A stretch of 64,000 nt of DNA from Spirochaetaceae bacterium (lineage in GTDB: Bacteria > Spirochaetota > Spirochaetia > DSM-2461), in the NCBI GenBank assembly GCA_965224705.1, contig OZ245056.1, positions 2,080,001-2,144,000 on the forward strand. Reading direction: 5' to 3'. Shown in pieces: positions 46,222 to 57,385 of this stretch; position 1 is the first letter of the stretch, and each line of letters opens with the position of its first letter. The translations under genes were made by a program, and so were the position numbers. The notes under the pieces are model-generated. The model worked only from the letters and a program-made list of their open reading frames with translations. It was not told where the DNA came from and ran no database searches.

Positions 46222-47301
46222 CTAAGTTGATTTTTCAATAACCCTCATACCATTGATGTTCACATCAAAGGAGAGAACTTCTCCAATACGGGGGGGCTCT
46301 GTATCAGACCAGTGTGCTGTCAGCAAATCAGTTTCCATAGAATTCGCAGGCTTCAATTCAAGCCTCCAGCCTGAACTTGTAAACTCCAGATGAACAAGCT
46401 TCCCTTTGAGGATGCCATTTTTTTTGCTGATCAATGAGTCGGGTCGGATAATCAGTATTGCCGGGAGGGATACTTTATTCTGAGTTTTCGGCAGAGGTAT
46501 TTCTCCAGCAGATGTCAGGGCAGTTGAATTTCCGTCGGGGGTTTTTATGATTTTTTGAATGACCAGCCATGTTTTTTTTCCAAGAAATGAAGCTGTGAAT
46601 GGATCCAGGGGATTGAACCATACTTCGGATGGCAAACCACTGCGAGTGATGCGTCCTTCATTCATGACGGCCAGGTAGTCTGCCATGGTGAGAGCCTCTT
46701 CCTGGTCGTGAGTAACAAGAAGAGCTGTTACGCTGGTGGAGTTGATGATCCGGCGGACCTCACGGCACATTTTCAGTCTGAGTGATGCATCCAGGGAACT
46801 GAAAGGTTCGTCAAGGAGAAGAATCTCCGGATCGCTTGCCAGGGCTCTGGCCAGAGCCACTCTCTGACTTTCTCCTCCTGAGAGGTCATCCGGCCGCCGT
46901 CCGGCCAAATTCTCCATCTCCACAAGAGTGAGTTTTTCGTGGGCAATGCGGAGGGATTCTTTGCGGTTGAAGCCTCTCATTCTGGGGCCGAAAGCGGCAT
47001 TTTCAACTACGGAAAGGTGGGGGAATAATGCATGATCCTGGAACACAAAACCGATACGGCGTTTCTCCGGGGGCAGGGGCGTTATATCAAGTTCGCCCTG
47101 CAGGATTCGGCCTGAGTCAGGACTGAGAAAACCGGCACACACATCCAGGAGGGTTGTTTTTCCGCCGCCGCTGGGACCAAGGATTACCGAGAGTTTACCT
47201 CTGGGCAGGCTGAGGTCTACATCAAGGTGAAAATCTCTCCGCGTGTATTTTATCTTATCAAAAATGATGGGCTGCAGGCTAAAACTCCTCATATTGGTCA
47301 A
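46222..47301 (-). CDS. thiQ: Thiamine ABC transporter ATP-binding protein
   Basis: GPSGGGKT, LSGGE, LLLDEP; operon with thiBP. Confidence 0.85.
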   Translation of the reverse strand: MTNMRSFSLQPIIFDKIKYTRRDFHLDVDLSLPRGKLSVILGPSGGGKTTLLDVCAGFLSPDSGRILQGELDITPLPPEKRRIGFVFQDHALFPHLSVVENAAFGPRMRGFNRKESLRIAHEKLTLVEMENLAGRRPDDLSGGESQRVALARALASDPEILLLDEPFSSLDASLRLKMCREVRRIINSTSVTALLVTHDQEEALTMADYLAVMNEGRITRSGLPSEVWFNPLDPFTASFLGKKTWLVIQKIIKTPDGNSTALTSAGEIPLPKTQNKVSLPAILIIRPDSLISKKNGILKGKLVHLEFTSSGWRLELKPANSMETDLLTAHWSDTEPPRIGEVLSFDVNINGMRVIEKST

Positions 47302-48946
47302 AGAAGAAGAAGGCTATTGTGCAGATGGTGATGAGGATTGTGCCAAGGACACAGGCTCTATGGATATCGTAGGCTCCAATGAGGCGGTATATGGCAAGGG
47401 GTATGGTTGTGAAATCTCCCGGTGCCAGTATTATGGTTGAATTGAGCTCCCCGGCCGACAGGGCAAAGGAGAATACTCCGCATGTAATCAACGCATTTCG
47501 TGTCATGGGCAGTTCAATGTGAAACAGGGATTGTAATGCGTTTGCTCCAGAGATTCGGGCGGCCTGTGGAACCCGGGTCGAAATCTGTTTTAATCGGCCG
47601 GCAATGATTCGGTAACAAAATGGTAGAACGATGAGACTGTGGGCTGTGATAAGGGAAATCAGCCTTATTCCATTGGCGGGAGGTATTATTTGCAGGAATA
47701 ACAGCCAGCCAAGTCCGAGAATAATGGAACTGACTCCAAGGGGGAGGGCCATGACGGTTTCAATGATTCTCCTCCAGTGGAGGTGTCTTACTGAGTACCA
47801 GCCCAATGATGAAGCTGTAAGGGTGGAGGTAATTGAAACACATGAGGCCAGCAGTACAGTTCTTAATACAGCTTTCAATGATATGCTTCCATCGGCATTC
47901 AAAAGTCTAATCCAGTGCATGAGGGAAAAGGCTGCTGGTGAGGTTCTGGTGGCTTTTGTTATGAAGCTGTTGATGATGATTGATATCAGAGGACCCACAA
48001 TCAGAATCATAACGGTCAAAAAATATGCGATGGCAAACCATTTCCCAACTCCGGTGAGTTTGACATGAGGTCTGCGGGAGAAGTTTTGTATCGCATCCCT
48101 TGTTCGGGAACGGTAGCGAAAGTCTATGATGGCATATATGCACAGCATGAAGAACGCATACAGGGATTCCATTGCAGCCAGAACACTGCCCCGGGCAAAG
48201 TTTAACTGGTGCTTGATCAATCTGTATATTTCGATTTCAATGGTGGTCAGTTCCGGGCCTCCTCCAAGGACCAGGACAATTGAAAAACTCATGAAGCAAT
48301 ACAGGAAGGTTAATATGCCTGCCGTTGCAATATCGGGTATGAGGTGAGGCAGATCCACGAGGAAAAATATCCGAAACCGGCTTGCTCCAAGCGACATGGC
48401 CGCTCTTTTCTCCGACAGGGGCAGGGCATTCCAGGCATTTCCAACAATTCTCATCGTCAGGGGTGAGTTGTAAAAAACATGGGCCATGATGATGGCCGGG
48501 AGTGAGTACAGAATTGTCCAGGGAGAAACCTCCCCGCCCAACAGAAGTTGACGAACATGGTTGATCACTCCTCCATTACCAAAAATCAATACAAAACCAA
48601 GAACGACCAGGATGGGCGGCATAACAAAGGGCACTGTTGAAAAGGATTTCAGCAGCAGTCGTCCGGGGAACTCGCATCGGCCAACAAAATACGCCCCCGG
48701 TAAACCAAAGAGGAGTGAGAAAAAAGTGCTGATAAGAGCCTGCCAGACCGTAAAGGCAAAAATACTTCTGTAGTAGGGGGATGTAAAAACTTTGCTGACT
48801 TCACTGCCTGTCCCCATGGAACGGGAAATAACGAGGGTGAGCGGCAGGCCAATCGCCAGAGCAACAAATAATCCAGGTAGAATGATGAGGAAAGAATCTT
48901 TCTCAAGACGACCCAATCTGGTCAACGAGTAAAAACCTCCACCCAT
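47279..48946 (-). CDS. thiP: Thiamine ABC transporter permease
   Basis: Duplicated permease halves; FTVWQALIST, AHVFYN motifs. Confidence 0.88.
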   Translation of the reverse strand: MGGGFYSLTRLGRLEKDSFLIILPGLFVALAIGLPLTLVISRSMGTGSEVSKVFTSPYYRSIFAFTVWQALISTFFSLLFGLPGAYFVGRCEFPGRLLLKSFSTVPFVMPPILVVLGFVLIFGNGGVINHVRQLLLGGEVSPWTILYSLPAIIMAHVFYNSPLTMRIVGNAWNALPLSEKRAAMSLGASRFRIFFLVDLPHLIPDIATAGILTFLYCFMSFSIVLVLGGGPELTTIEIEIYRLIKHQLNFARGSVLAAMESLYAFFMLCIYAIIDFRYRSRTRDAIQNFSRRPHVKLTGVGKWFAIAYFLTVMILIVGPLISIIINSFITKATRTSPAAFSLMHWIRLLNADGSISLKAVLRTVLLASCVSITSTLTASSLGWYSVRHLHWRRIIETVMALPLGVSSIILGLGWLLFLQIIPPANGIRLISLITAHSLIVLPFCYRIIAGRLKQISTRVPQAARISGANALQSLFHIELPMTRNALITCGVFSFALSAGELNSTIILAPGDFTTIPLAIYRLIGAYDIHRACVLGTILITICTIAFFFFDQYEEF

Positions 48947-49956
48947 TTGTCAATGAGAGCGTCCATGTTGTCGACATCGGTCAGTGTGCTGGAATCCAGT
49001 ACTTTTCGAGGGCGAAGGGCCATATTAAAGGATGGAGGAAGAGGTACATTCTGCTTAACCGGCAGCATGATATTGTGTATGGCAAGGATTTTTTGAGCCT
49101 CAAGTTCCAGTATGAAGTCAATCAAATCTTCACTGGCACTCTGGCTATCTGTTCCTTTCACTATACCCATTCCTTCAATCTGCTGGATGTGTCCATCCGA
49201 GAACTCCAATGCTTTGAATCGAGTTGAATCCTCATATTCGACATGGTATACAGGACTTGTTCCGTAACTGAGAATCATGGGGGCCTCTCCCGCTGTGTAT
49301 AGAGCATAGCCCTGGCTCCATCCATCAGAAATTGTCAACATGGACGGTTTCAATCTGTTCCAGTATTCAGTCCAGCCATCTTTATAAACGGACACTGTCC
49401 AGAGAAGAAATCCCAGGCCGGGAGTGGAAGTGCGTGGATCCATCAAAATTATTTTTCCCCTGTATTCTTCCCTGGTCAGGTCCTCCAGGGAAGCGGGAGG
49501 ATTGTCCATAACCAGGGAATCATAGTTTACAGCAAAATGTCCATAATCGTAGGGGAGCAGTCGATAGCCGGGATCGAATATGAGATGGTCTGGAATGCCT
49601 GTGAGATTCGGGGACTTGTATGGTTGAAGGATATCTTCGTCAATTGTGCGTTTCAACAGGCTGTTATCCAGCCCGATAACCACATCGGCCCGGGAATTTG
49701 ATTTTTCCAGGATGAGTTGATTGAGCAGCATTACGGCATCTCCCGGAGCATGCAGTATGACGTCAATACCTGTTTTTTCGGTAAATGCCTTTGTAATGGC
49801 TGGACCTGGCCCCCATTCGGAGCTGAAGGAATCGTAGCAGTACACATTGAGGATTCGTGTTGAATCCCGATCCTGATTTCCTCCTGCCGTCAGAGGCAGA
49901 GCCATCAAAGAAGCAAGCAATATGGTAGACAGAATTTTTTCCCGGATCCGTTTCAT
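48922..49956 (-). CDS. thiB: Thiamine ABC transporter substrate-binding protein
   Basis: YDSFSSEWGPG, DPRTSTPGLG, SYGTSP motifs; TPP riboswitch upstream. Confidence 0.93.
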   Translation of the reverse strand: MKRIREKILSTILLASLMALPLTAGGNQDRDSTRILNVYCYDSFSSEWGPGPAITKAFTEKTGIDVILHAPGDAVMLLNQLILEKSNSRADVVIGLDNSLLKRTIDEDILQPYKSPNLTGIPDHLIFDPGYRLLPYDYGHFAVNYDSLVMDNPPASLEDLTREEYRGKIILMDPRTSTPGLGFLLWTVSVYKDGWTEYWNRLKPSMLTISDGWSQGYALYTAGEAPMILSYGTSPVYHVEYEDSTRFKALEFSDGHIQQIEGMGIVKGTDSQSASEDLIDFILELEAQKILAIHNIMLPVKQNVPLPPSFNMALRPRKVLDSSTLTDVDNMDALIDKWVEVFTR

Positions 49957-50045
49957 TGAGACTCCTGAGTGAGACAAACTCTGTGAAACTCAGCATTGCT
50001 CACGGGATTTGCCGTACAGGTTGTTTTTAGAAATTCCGGTATTTA

Positions 50046-50125
50046 GAGCCTCGTTCCTACGCTGGTATTAACCGGATCAGGTTCACGAGTGTAATCTCAG
50101 GTTCAACGAACCACCCCGGAAGCTC
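50046..50125 (-). ncRNA. TPP riboswitch
   Basis: Minus strand GGGGTG..CTGAGA..GAACCTGATCCGGTTAATACCAGCGTAGGAA. Confidence 0.93.
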
Positions 50126-50346
50126 AAAATACAATCTATGTTGAAGGTTCATTATTGTCAAGCGGGAATAGGAAATCCCGGGAAGTTTCAGTCAATTTCC
50201 TTCCTTTCAGTGAAACGCTGCTCAATCAATCAATTATGTCTGGCAATGGCAGACATTGCTGAAGCAGGAATTTCATCTATTGCAAGAAGGAGAATTACAG
50301 ATCCACCGGTCAAGTTTGGTTTCCAATCTCTGATTCTTCAAGTATA

Positions 50347-51039
50347 ATGAAGTTCATGACAATCAAGGAAAGATGGATTCATTGCCAGGAAGAGATTGAA
50401 AAGGCGGCCGATTATTATGGACGGCAGGTCTCTGAAATCCGGGTGATGGCTGTTTCAAAAACAAGGAGTGTTCAGGAAATCAAAGATGCCCAGACGGAAG
50501 GTTTGAGGTACTTTGGAGAAAATCGGGTGGATGAAGCAGTCGAGAAGTTTGCACAGCTTGATGAACACCTGTATCCACTCTACTTCATTGGTCATTTGCA
50601 GAGCAATAAGATACGAAAAATCAGTAAACGGTTTGCAGGGATACATTCGGTGGATTCCCTTCCTCTGGCAGAAAAGATTTCCAGGCACAGGGAACAGATT
50701 CGGATGCCCCTGGAGATTCTATTGCAGGTCAACACTTCGAGTGAAAAGAGTAAATCGGGTTTTACGGATAGAAATGAATTCATTGATGCGGCCGAAGTAA
50801 TATCAAAACTTCCCTGCCTCCATCTCAAAGGGGTGATGACTATGGCTCCTTTCGTTGATGATGAGGGAATAGTTCGTCAATGCTTCTCACAGTGTCGGGA
50901 ATGGTCCGAACATATCAGAAACGATGTTGATGGCTCTCTCACCCTTTCCATGGGTATGAGTACTGATTTCCGATGGGCCATTGCAGAAGGGAGCACATTG
51001 TTACGCATTGGAACAGTACTTTTCGGGGGAAGAGATTGA
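50347..51039 (+). CDS. yggS: PLP homeostasis protein (YggS family)
   Basis: AVSKT, FGENRV, FIGHLQSNK, LSMGMS, RIGT. Confidence 0.95.
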   Translation: MKFMTIKERWIHCQEEIEKAADYYGRQVSEIRVMAVSKTRSVQEIKDAQTEGLRYFGENRVDEAVEKFAQLDEHLYPLYFIGHLQSNKIRKISKRFAGIHSVDSLPLAEKISRHREQIRMPLEILLQVNTSSEKSKSGFTDRNEFIDAAEVISKLPCLHLKGVMTMAPFVDDEGIVRQCFSQCREWSEHIRNDVDGSLTLSMGMSTDFRWAIAEGSTLLRIGTVLFGGRD

Positions 51040-51440
51040 TCCGCTATCTCGTTGGTTGTCTTCTACTTGTTATCGCTGGTCTTTCATCTTTGTCGGCTCA
51101 AGTTAAGCCCCCGGAAGAGTCCATCATACCGGAGGACTATGACCCCTCAGAATTCCCTTTGTGGGCTCATGATATCAGGCGCTTTGAGGTAATAACCTTT
51201 GGATCTTTCCCCATCACATACTTTCTCAGCTCTCTTGTATATGATATTGTCATCCTCGCTGCCAACAATGGATCGGCTGAATATGCCCTGGGGACTCAGC
51301 GGGGAGAGGGGGATCTTGCCATCATCATTGGTGCGGCTGCCATTACCTCCGGTGTAGTCGCAATTGTTGACCTGATCATCAACGCTGGATTGCGAAACAA
51401 AAAAAATGAACAGAGAAAGACACAGAGTCCAGATCCCTGA
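51036..51440 (+). CDS. Hypothetical membrane protein
   Basis: Signal peptide, RRFEVITFGSFP, TM helix; TTG start overlapping the yggS stop. Confidence 0.7.
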   Translation: MIRYLVGCLLLVIAGLSSLSAQVKPPEESIIPEDYDPSEFPLWAHDIRRFEVITFGSFPITYFLSSLVYDIVILAANNGSAEYALGTQRGEGDLAIIIGAAAITSGVVAIVDLIINAGLRNKKNEQRKTQSPDP

Positions 51441-52338
51441 AGGGGAATCTATCCGTCTGGACAAGTATATTTCTTCCCTTGGATTGTTTACAAGAAGTCA
51501 GATCCGTCAGCGGTCGGTTCGGGTTCATACTGTTCAGGGAGTTGATTTAAAACTCTCCCGACGTCTTACAGGCGGAAGTGACATTATTGTCGAGTGGGAC
51601 GATCCCCCGTCAGCCGAAATACTTCCTGAGGAGATGGAACTTGACATTCTTTACGAAGACGAAAACTGCATAGTTATAAATAAAGATCAGGGAGTTGTAG
51701 TCCATCCTTCTCTGGGACATGTCCATGGAACTCTTGTTCAAGCCCTCCTCTTTCGTTACAGAGGTTTTGATACGCGATTTGCAGGTGACCGGGTGCGTCC
51801 GGGCATTGTTCATAGACTGGACAAGGATACCTCTGGATTGATTATAGCGGCAAAGAATCCCGAAACAATGGAATTCTTAGCCAGTGAGTTTCGAAGAAGA
51901 ACGGTGAAAAAGTCCTACCTGGCCATTACACGTGGTTCCCCCCCCGGCAATGAAGGTGAAATAAATAGACCTATTGGCCGTCATCCCATCAATCGGAAGA
52001 TATTCAAAGTTGGTACAAAAAATGCCAAAGAGGCCCTCTCCCGGTATCGTATTCTTTCCCGCAGTGAGGAATATGCCCTGGTAAAAGTCCGAATTCATAC
52101 GGGGAGAACTCATCAAATTCGGGTTCATTTGCAATATGTCAACTCTCCAATCCTTGGAGATAATCTCTATAACAGTCCCGACTCCCGAATACCGGATGCT
52201 TCTTTGATGCTTCATGCCTGGAAGCTGGCGATCAAGCTGCCAACGATTGGAAAGCGGCGTTTTGAGGCAGAAATTCCAGGTCGATTCGTTCAGGCTGCTG
52301 AAATTACCGGTTTGAATTTGCCGACTCAGAATTCGTAA
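51406..52338 (+). CDS. rluD: RluA-family pseudouridine synthase
   Basis: RLDKY, HRLDKDTSG, TGRTHQIRVH. Confidence 0.9.
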   Translation: MNRERHRVQIPEGESIRLDKYISSLGLFTRSQIRQRSVRVHTVQGVDLKLSRRLTGGSDIIVEWDDPPSAEILPEEMELDILYEDENCIVINKDQGVVVHPSLGHVHGTLVQALLFRYRGFDTRFAGDRVRPGIVHRLDKDTSGLIIAAKNPETMEFLASEFRRRTVKKSYLAITRGSPPGNEGEINRPIGRHPINRKIFKVGTKNAKEALSRYRILSRSEEYALVKVRIHTGRTHQIRVHLQYVNSPILGDNLYNSPDSRIPDASLMLHAWKLAIKLPTIGKRRFEAEIPGRFVQAAEITGLNLPTQNS

Positions 52339-52342
52339 TCCT

Positions 52343-52762
52343 TACCCAGTGTCAGAAAGCCTGTAAAACCCCCTTCAACCTATCCCGGGAGTCCAAAATG
52401 AACTCGGACTCACTCCTGGCAAAGATGTTGATGTGGTTGGGATAGTATTGAGAGTAAGGAAAAGGACTCCAGTCCATCCGCAGCCATGGATTCCCTGTAA
52501 TCGATTGAAAAAGTCTGGGAGGAAAAGGTTCTTTTGCAGTCATTGCAGATGTAGCACTGGACAGTTCCAGATGCTTCTGTGCGGCAGGAACTGTGTATCG
52601 AAAACCAGTTTTTTTGCTCTGGGGCACTGAAATGGATACATTTTGGGTTGGGGCAGTGAGGGAATACCATGGTCGATCTCCTTTATAAATTGTTTTCTTA
52701 CTATGTTATAACGAGCCTGACAGGGGTTCTTGCTGCATTAACAAGCTTTCTGACACTGGGTA
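52343..52762 (-). mobile_element. Internally deleted IS with TIR TACCCAGTGTCAGAAAGC and Zn-finger transposase fragment (52410-52670)
   Basis: 18-bp perfect TIR; ORF with CPNPKC...CNDCKRTFSSQTF resembling IS1-like transposase N-termini. Confidence 0.75.
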
Positions 52763-52855
52763 TTGTTTCAATCCGGTCAGGATAGGGGGGAGTTTGTTCT
52801 GAAGAAACGGAATCCCGTCTTGTCATGTGAACCCTTATTCACTATCTTTTCATTC

Positions 52856-53458
52856 ATGCGGGTGCTCTTTCCTGATGAAATTGTGGGTAAAGCAGGGTAT
52901 TCAACCATAAAAGCTCATCTCAGTAGTTTTGTTGAGCACCAAAATGTTGATTTTGGCCCAGCTACGCTCCGTTTTTGTCGCCTTGCATCAGGAAAAAATC
53001 ATCAAAAATCGCCTCGAAGTCTTAAAGTCCGACAGACTCCCTGGAGAAAGGCATTCTTCAGCATTAAAAAAAGGGGAGTAGATGTTATGACCTTAGGAGA
53101 GTACTGCTATCAGAAAAAGGACCTGACAACTGATCTTCACAACCTGTCATGGATTCTCAGGCCAGCCAACATATCAGCAAAAAGTCCTGGAAGAGGCTGG
53201 GGTGTGTTCAGCACACAGGCAGGATCTCCAGGAGTGATCAGTTTACCTGGTCAGTTCGGCTACAATCGATTACATGGGAGTAATCCCTTCACTCAGGTTA
53301 TCCACATTATCGATGAAATCCGTGAACAAACCCCGGCCATTGTACTGAACTTTCATGCAAGTACAACAGCAGAGAAGCAGACAATGACATTTTTTACAGA
53401 TGGTAAAGCTGCTTCCATGGAAACCGTAGATATGCCATGCGGGGGAAATTTCCAATGA
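52856..53458 (+). pseudogene. ymdB: Disrupted YmdB/TIGR00282 metallophosphoesterase
   Basis: MRVLF.DEIVGKAG, GVDVMTLG, LRPAN, FHASTTAEK motifs; the ANGE region is replaced by a MITE fragment and the C-terminal third is missing. Confidence 0.75.
52956..53040. mobile_element. Partial MITE copy inside ymdB
   Basis: Near-identical to 44981-45065. Confidence 0.85.
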
Positions 53459-53958
53459 CTAGAATTGTCAGAGTAATTGACCCAGGCTCCCTTGGCATAA
53501 ATCCGCGAGTCTGCAACGATGATGTTCGCAGGGCAGGAGCATCCCAGCGGTTCTGGAGGATCAGGGAAAGAACTTATCAAGCTGCGAATCCTGCGCATAT
53601 CGAGTTGACAGAAGATGATATGGTTGAGATCCACCTTCCTCCCGGCCGAACAATACTCTCGGCAGCCCTGACGTTTCTACTGCCGCTTGCATTTTTTCTG
53701 GCAGGATATATACCAGCAAGCAGTCTTGTTGATATATATGCCATTGACAGCAGGACTGATTTCACTCAGGATGAGCTTGCCTTTATTGCTGGTTTTACTC
53801 TTTTTCTGCTGAGCATCACTCTGATTGCCATATTCAGGTTGAGAGGCACTTCCCCGAAAAGCATACCCACCATTACCCGTCGTTTAACTCCTTCTGAAAT
53901 GCATATATGCAGGATTAAAAATGCAGAAGTCTGCGGGTCATGTACTCTCTGTGATTGA
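53437..53958 (+). CDS. RseC/MucC-like membrane protein
   Basis: Cys motifs, DMVEI..P, SAALTFLLPLAFFLAG, two TM helices. Confidence 0.6.
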   Translation: MRGKFPMTRIVRVIDPGSLGINPRVCNDDVRRAGASQRFWRIRERTYQAANPAHIELTEDDMVEIHLPPGRTILSAALTFLLPLAFFLAGYIPASSLVDIYAIDSRTDFTQDELAFIAGFTLFLLSITLIAIFRLRGTSPKSIPTITRRLTPSEMHICRIKNAEVCGSCTLCD

Positions 53959-54555
53959 TTCCAAACTATCCAGAATGCACTTCAGCCGCTTACAGGAGCG
54001 CCCTCGATGTGATATGGCATCCTTTTCAGTTTCACTGAGTTCAGCAACACAGCAGCCGCGGTCAGGAAGGTAGAAGATTGGGTCATAACCAAAGCCGCCC
54101 ATACCTCTTGATTCGGCAGCGATGTAACCTGGGAAAGTCTCCTGGGCAGAAAAAATACGATACTCATCCAGCATAAGAACCATACAACAGACGAAGAACC
54201 CCTGACGTTCTTTTCCGGTTAAATGGGCTGTGTTTTTCAGTAGAAGGGTGTTCCGTTCCGTCGAATCCAACACCCTGCCAGTTTTTTCACTACCGTACCG
54301 GGCAGACAGGACCCCAGGTGCCCCTCCCAATGCCGGAACGGACAGTCCCGAATCATCAGCTAAAACAGGGTATTTTCCAGATGCATTGAACAGGAATTGT
54401 GCTTTGATGAGGGAATTCTCCAGATAAGTATTTCCGCTCTCGTGAACCTTGAATTCTATTCCAATATCCCCTGGCAGAAGAATTCTGTGGGGTGCCAGGA
54501 TGCGTTCAATTTCTGTTTTTTTATGGATATTACCTGACGCAAGAAGCAATTTCAT
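53938..54555 (-). CDS. rdgB: Non-canonical purine NTP pyrophosphatase
   Basis: ASGNIHK, ADDSGL, GFGYDP, SHRG. Confidence 0.95.
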   Translation of the reverse strand: MKLLLASGNIHKKTEIERILAPHRILLPGDIGIEFKVHESGNTYLENSLIKAQFLFNASGKYPVLADDSGLSVPALGGAPGVLSARYGSEKTGRVLDSTERNTLLLKNTAHLTGKERQGFFVCCMVLMLDEYRIFSAQETFPGYIAAESRGMGGFGYDPIFYLPDRGCCVAELSETEKDAISHRGRSCKRLKCILDSLESITEST

Positions 54556-54564
54556 AAAAATACA

Positions 54565-55464
54565 CTACCTCTTAACTTCATTATTGATCCAGTACCGTCT
54601 CAATGATTTTAATCCTGATGCAATGGTACTTTGTGGAATGTTCAGGATTCTGCCTGCATCCGCTGCTGAAAGTCTGACGCTCAGTCGACTGAGCGCATTA
54701 GATGCCAGTTTATATCGTTTCTCCCAGTATTTATATCTATTCTTCCATCTCTCAATCTGGATACTGTCCAGATGAGTGTCTTTTTTCATGCGGTTTTGAA
54801 TTCGAATCATATTGTACCAGCATTCATTGCGACGATTTCTCAATTTTGTTCGCCGAGTCGTTTTTTCGAAGATTGATTTTCTTGCAATTTCAAGCGAGTT
54901 TTCCAACCAGAGAGGATCAACACAGGTCAGTCGTGCAATAGCTGGAATCTTTACGGGATCAATATCGTCCACATAGGTCAAAACCGCAAAGAGTATACGA
55001 TTTCGGATAGATTCAATTTCGATGCGGCCTTCTGCATCAATTTTCAGTGGACAATTCGAGAGAGGATCAACTTCTGCCGAGGCATATATTCCTTCCTGAA
55101 CAGGATTTTCTTCAACCATATCCATCATGGCTGTCGAGCTTTCATTTTCCGACCATACTTCATAATGTTCTTTCAATGCTAACTGCTCGGTAAAGGTTTT
55201 CATGTACCATTGCAAACTGCTGAACAAGTAGGATTCAAAGGTATGCAATGGTTTGAACCGGAGCACCAATCCTGGGATTTTCGGCATGAAAGCAACAAAG
55301 AAGTCACAGCATTTGTCATAATCCCAATTAGTGAAATTAACAGGATACTTATAAGCATTAAGATATATCCGTTCTGACAGTTCTCTCCAGTTTTCGCCAG
55401 TTCTCTGATAGGCCAATACCGCTTCAGTTAAATCATCACTCATCGAACACTCCTTTTTGTTCAT
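54565..55464 (-). CDS. Hypothetical protein, sigma-factor-like (N-terminal region-2-like, C-terminal HTH)
   Basis: FESYL motif and C-terminal AGRILNIPQSTIASGL HTH. Confidence 0.55.
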   Translation of the reverse strand: MNKKECSMSDDLTEAVLAYQRTGENWRELSERIYLNAYKYPVNFTNWDYDKCCDFFVAFMPKIPGLVLRFKPLHTFESYLFSSLQWYMKTFTEQLALKEHYEVWSENESSTAMMDMVEENPVQEGIYASAEVDPLSNCPLKIDAEGRIEIESIRNRILFAVLTYVDDIDPVKIPAIARLTCVDPLWLENSLEIARKSIFEKTTRRTKLRNRRNECWYNMIRIQNRMKKDTHLDSIQIERWKNRYKYWEKRYKLASNALSRLSVRLSAADAGRILNIPQSTIASGLKSLRRYWINNEVKR

Positions 55465-55616
55465 GGGGGTGATTTATTACATGCAAGATACGTGCCAGGA
55501 ATACAGGCTAATTTTGAGGTTTTGGAGCCAGATTCAGCTTGAATAAACTATGTTAACTATACATTGGAGTTAATAAGTTACATGAATGTAATTTATGTGT
55601 AATGATACATTCTGTC

Positions 55617-56960
55617 TCAGGGAAGAAATTCTTCTTTAGAAATGTTCAGGGCAAATTCTAAATCGAGAATAGCAGCAATGTATTGGTATTTCGCTACAAG
55701 AAGCTGCTGTTGGGCAACCAGATAATCATTCTGTGCACTTTCTACATCCAGTAATTGTCTTGTTCCAACATTGTATGCTTCAGCAGTGAGTTCATAGTTC
55801 TTCCTGGCCAGTTTGGTACTGGATGTATTGGCTTCTATTGTAAGCTGGTAGGTTCGAATACTACCTACAAGATTCTCTACTTCAGTTCCAGCTCCACGCC
55901 ATGCAATTTCCCGGGTGAGTACAAGATCCCTTATACTGTCTTCCAGGTCTTTAAGCTGTACATTGGTTTTTGAAGCGGGAATCAATCCGTCGAGTTTCCA
56001 TTGCAGGCCCAGGCTCAAAGTTCCCATATCGCTCCAGTTCGTCCATGGGTCTATCGCCTGTTGCTGTATGTTGGTCGCGGCATTGGAACCATTGAGACCA
56101 TAGGTATAGCCAATACTTAATGTCGGAGTATTCGAATTTAACGCAAGTGTTGTTTTTGTTAGACCCAGGGCTTCCAGTTGTTTGTCGAGACTTCGGATAT
56201 CCAGTCGATTTGCAAGGTATTTTTTGATCAATTCTTCAGCATTCAGAGTATCATAATACTCATTGGGCAGTTCACCCTGAAGGGTAATATCATCGTTTCT
56301 ATCTGCCCCGATAATAGTTTTGAACTGGAGAACCATGCTGTTGTATATTTGTTGGGCACTGGTAAAAGCTGGTTTGAGTTTCGAGAGAGAAACTTCAGCC
56401 GATAAAACATCGAGTTCAGGGACTAAACCAGTTTTGAAATTCTCAGATGCCTGCTCATATCTCTTTTGAGCTAAATCAATATTAGCCTGCTGAATCATGA
56501 TGTTTTCCTGATTTGCCAGAATGTTGTAAAACTGTTTCTGAACATCTCTCTTCAAGCTGTTTACAGCCGCTTCACGGTCAAGTAAACCGGCTTCATAACT
56601 TGCTTTTAATTGTTTTATTCCTGTGGCTATGGCCGCATTCAGGGGGAGTGAAAGATTCAAACCCGCACTGAATCCAAGATTTCCCGGATCAGAAAAACTG
56701 GCTGTGGATTCGCCCCGGAATGAAAAGACTCCATGATTTGCAGTCAAAGAGGCCGATGCTGTGATTGACGGCAGCAGGGAGTTCCATGATGTACGTTTTG
56801 CCCTTTCCTTTTTCAGTAAGGTGATATCTGACTTTTTCAAAATGAGATTTTCAGAAACCGCCATCTCAACGGCATCTTCAAGAGTCAATACAAGCGGTTC
56901 AGCCGCAATGAGTAGGGGAAAAAGATGTATAAGTATAGAAATTGAAATCATTCTTTTCAC
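55617..56960 (-). CDS. TolC-family outer membrane efflux protein
   Basis: LTLEDAV, GLVPELDVLSAE, YNVG..LLDVESAQ. Confidence 0.9.
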   Translation of the reverse strand: MKRMISISILIHLFPLLIAAEPLVLTLEDAVEMAVSENLILKKSDITLLKKERAKRTSWNSLLPSITASASLTANHGVFSFRGESTASFSDPGNLGFSAGLNLSLPLNAAIATGIKQLKASYEAGLLDREAAVNSLKRDVQKQFYNILANQENIMIQQANIDLAQKRYEQASENFKTGLVPELDVLSAEVSLSKLKPAFTSAQQIYNSMVLQFKTIIGADRNDDITLQGELPNEYYDTLNAEELIKKYLANRLDIRSLDKQLEALGLTKTTLALNSNTPTLSIGYTYGLNGSNAATNIQQQAIDPWTNWSDMGTLSLGLQWKLDGLIPASKTNVQLKDLEDSIRDLVLTREIAWRGAGTEVENLVGSIRTYQLTIEANTSSTKLARKNYELTAEAYNVGTRQLLDVESAQNDYLVAQQQLLVAKYQYIAAILDLEFALNISKEEFLP

Positions 56961-57385
56961 GGTGAGTCTCCTTGGAGAAGCAGGCAGGATGATACTGCCT
57001 TTACCAGTTGTTTGTTATTCGCATATGAGATTACTCATCGAGTATTCATTAGTCAAGGTGATTATGAAATTATTCATAACGGGTGAATTGTAACATTATT
57101 GTCCGCATTACTCTTAGTGTCAGAAAGCTTGTGGACACAGTAAGAATCCATGCTGAATCATCTGGAACGGTTCAACACTCCAGCCAGAGGACCTTTTCAT
57201 ACGACAGAGATTGTCGACTGCGACGAACTTCTACGTATCTGATGACCTCTTCTGGAATGAATGATATCGGCTGTTACAGGTAGGAATTATCAGATCATGG
57301 CAGGGAGACGGTCAAATTGGTCAGTTGTCCCGGTGTTATAGAAGTCCAGGGTCGTGAAAAAGAAACTTCCCAGGGCAGTTTTGTT

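Noticed and set aside
57000..57380. Possible gene remnant between TolC and nrnA
   Set aside because: No recognisable motif in any frame.
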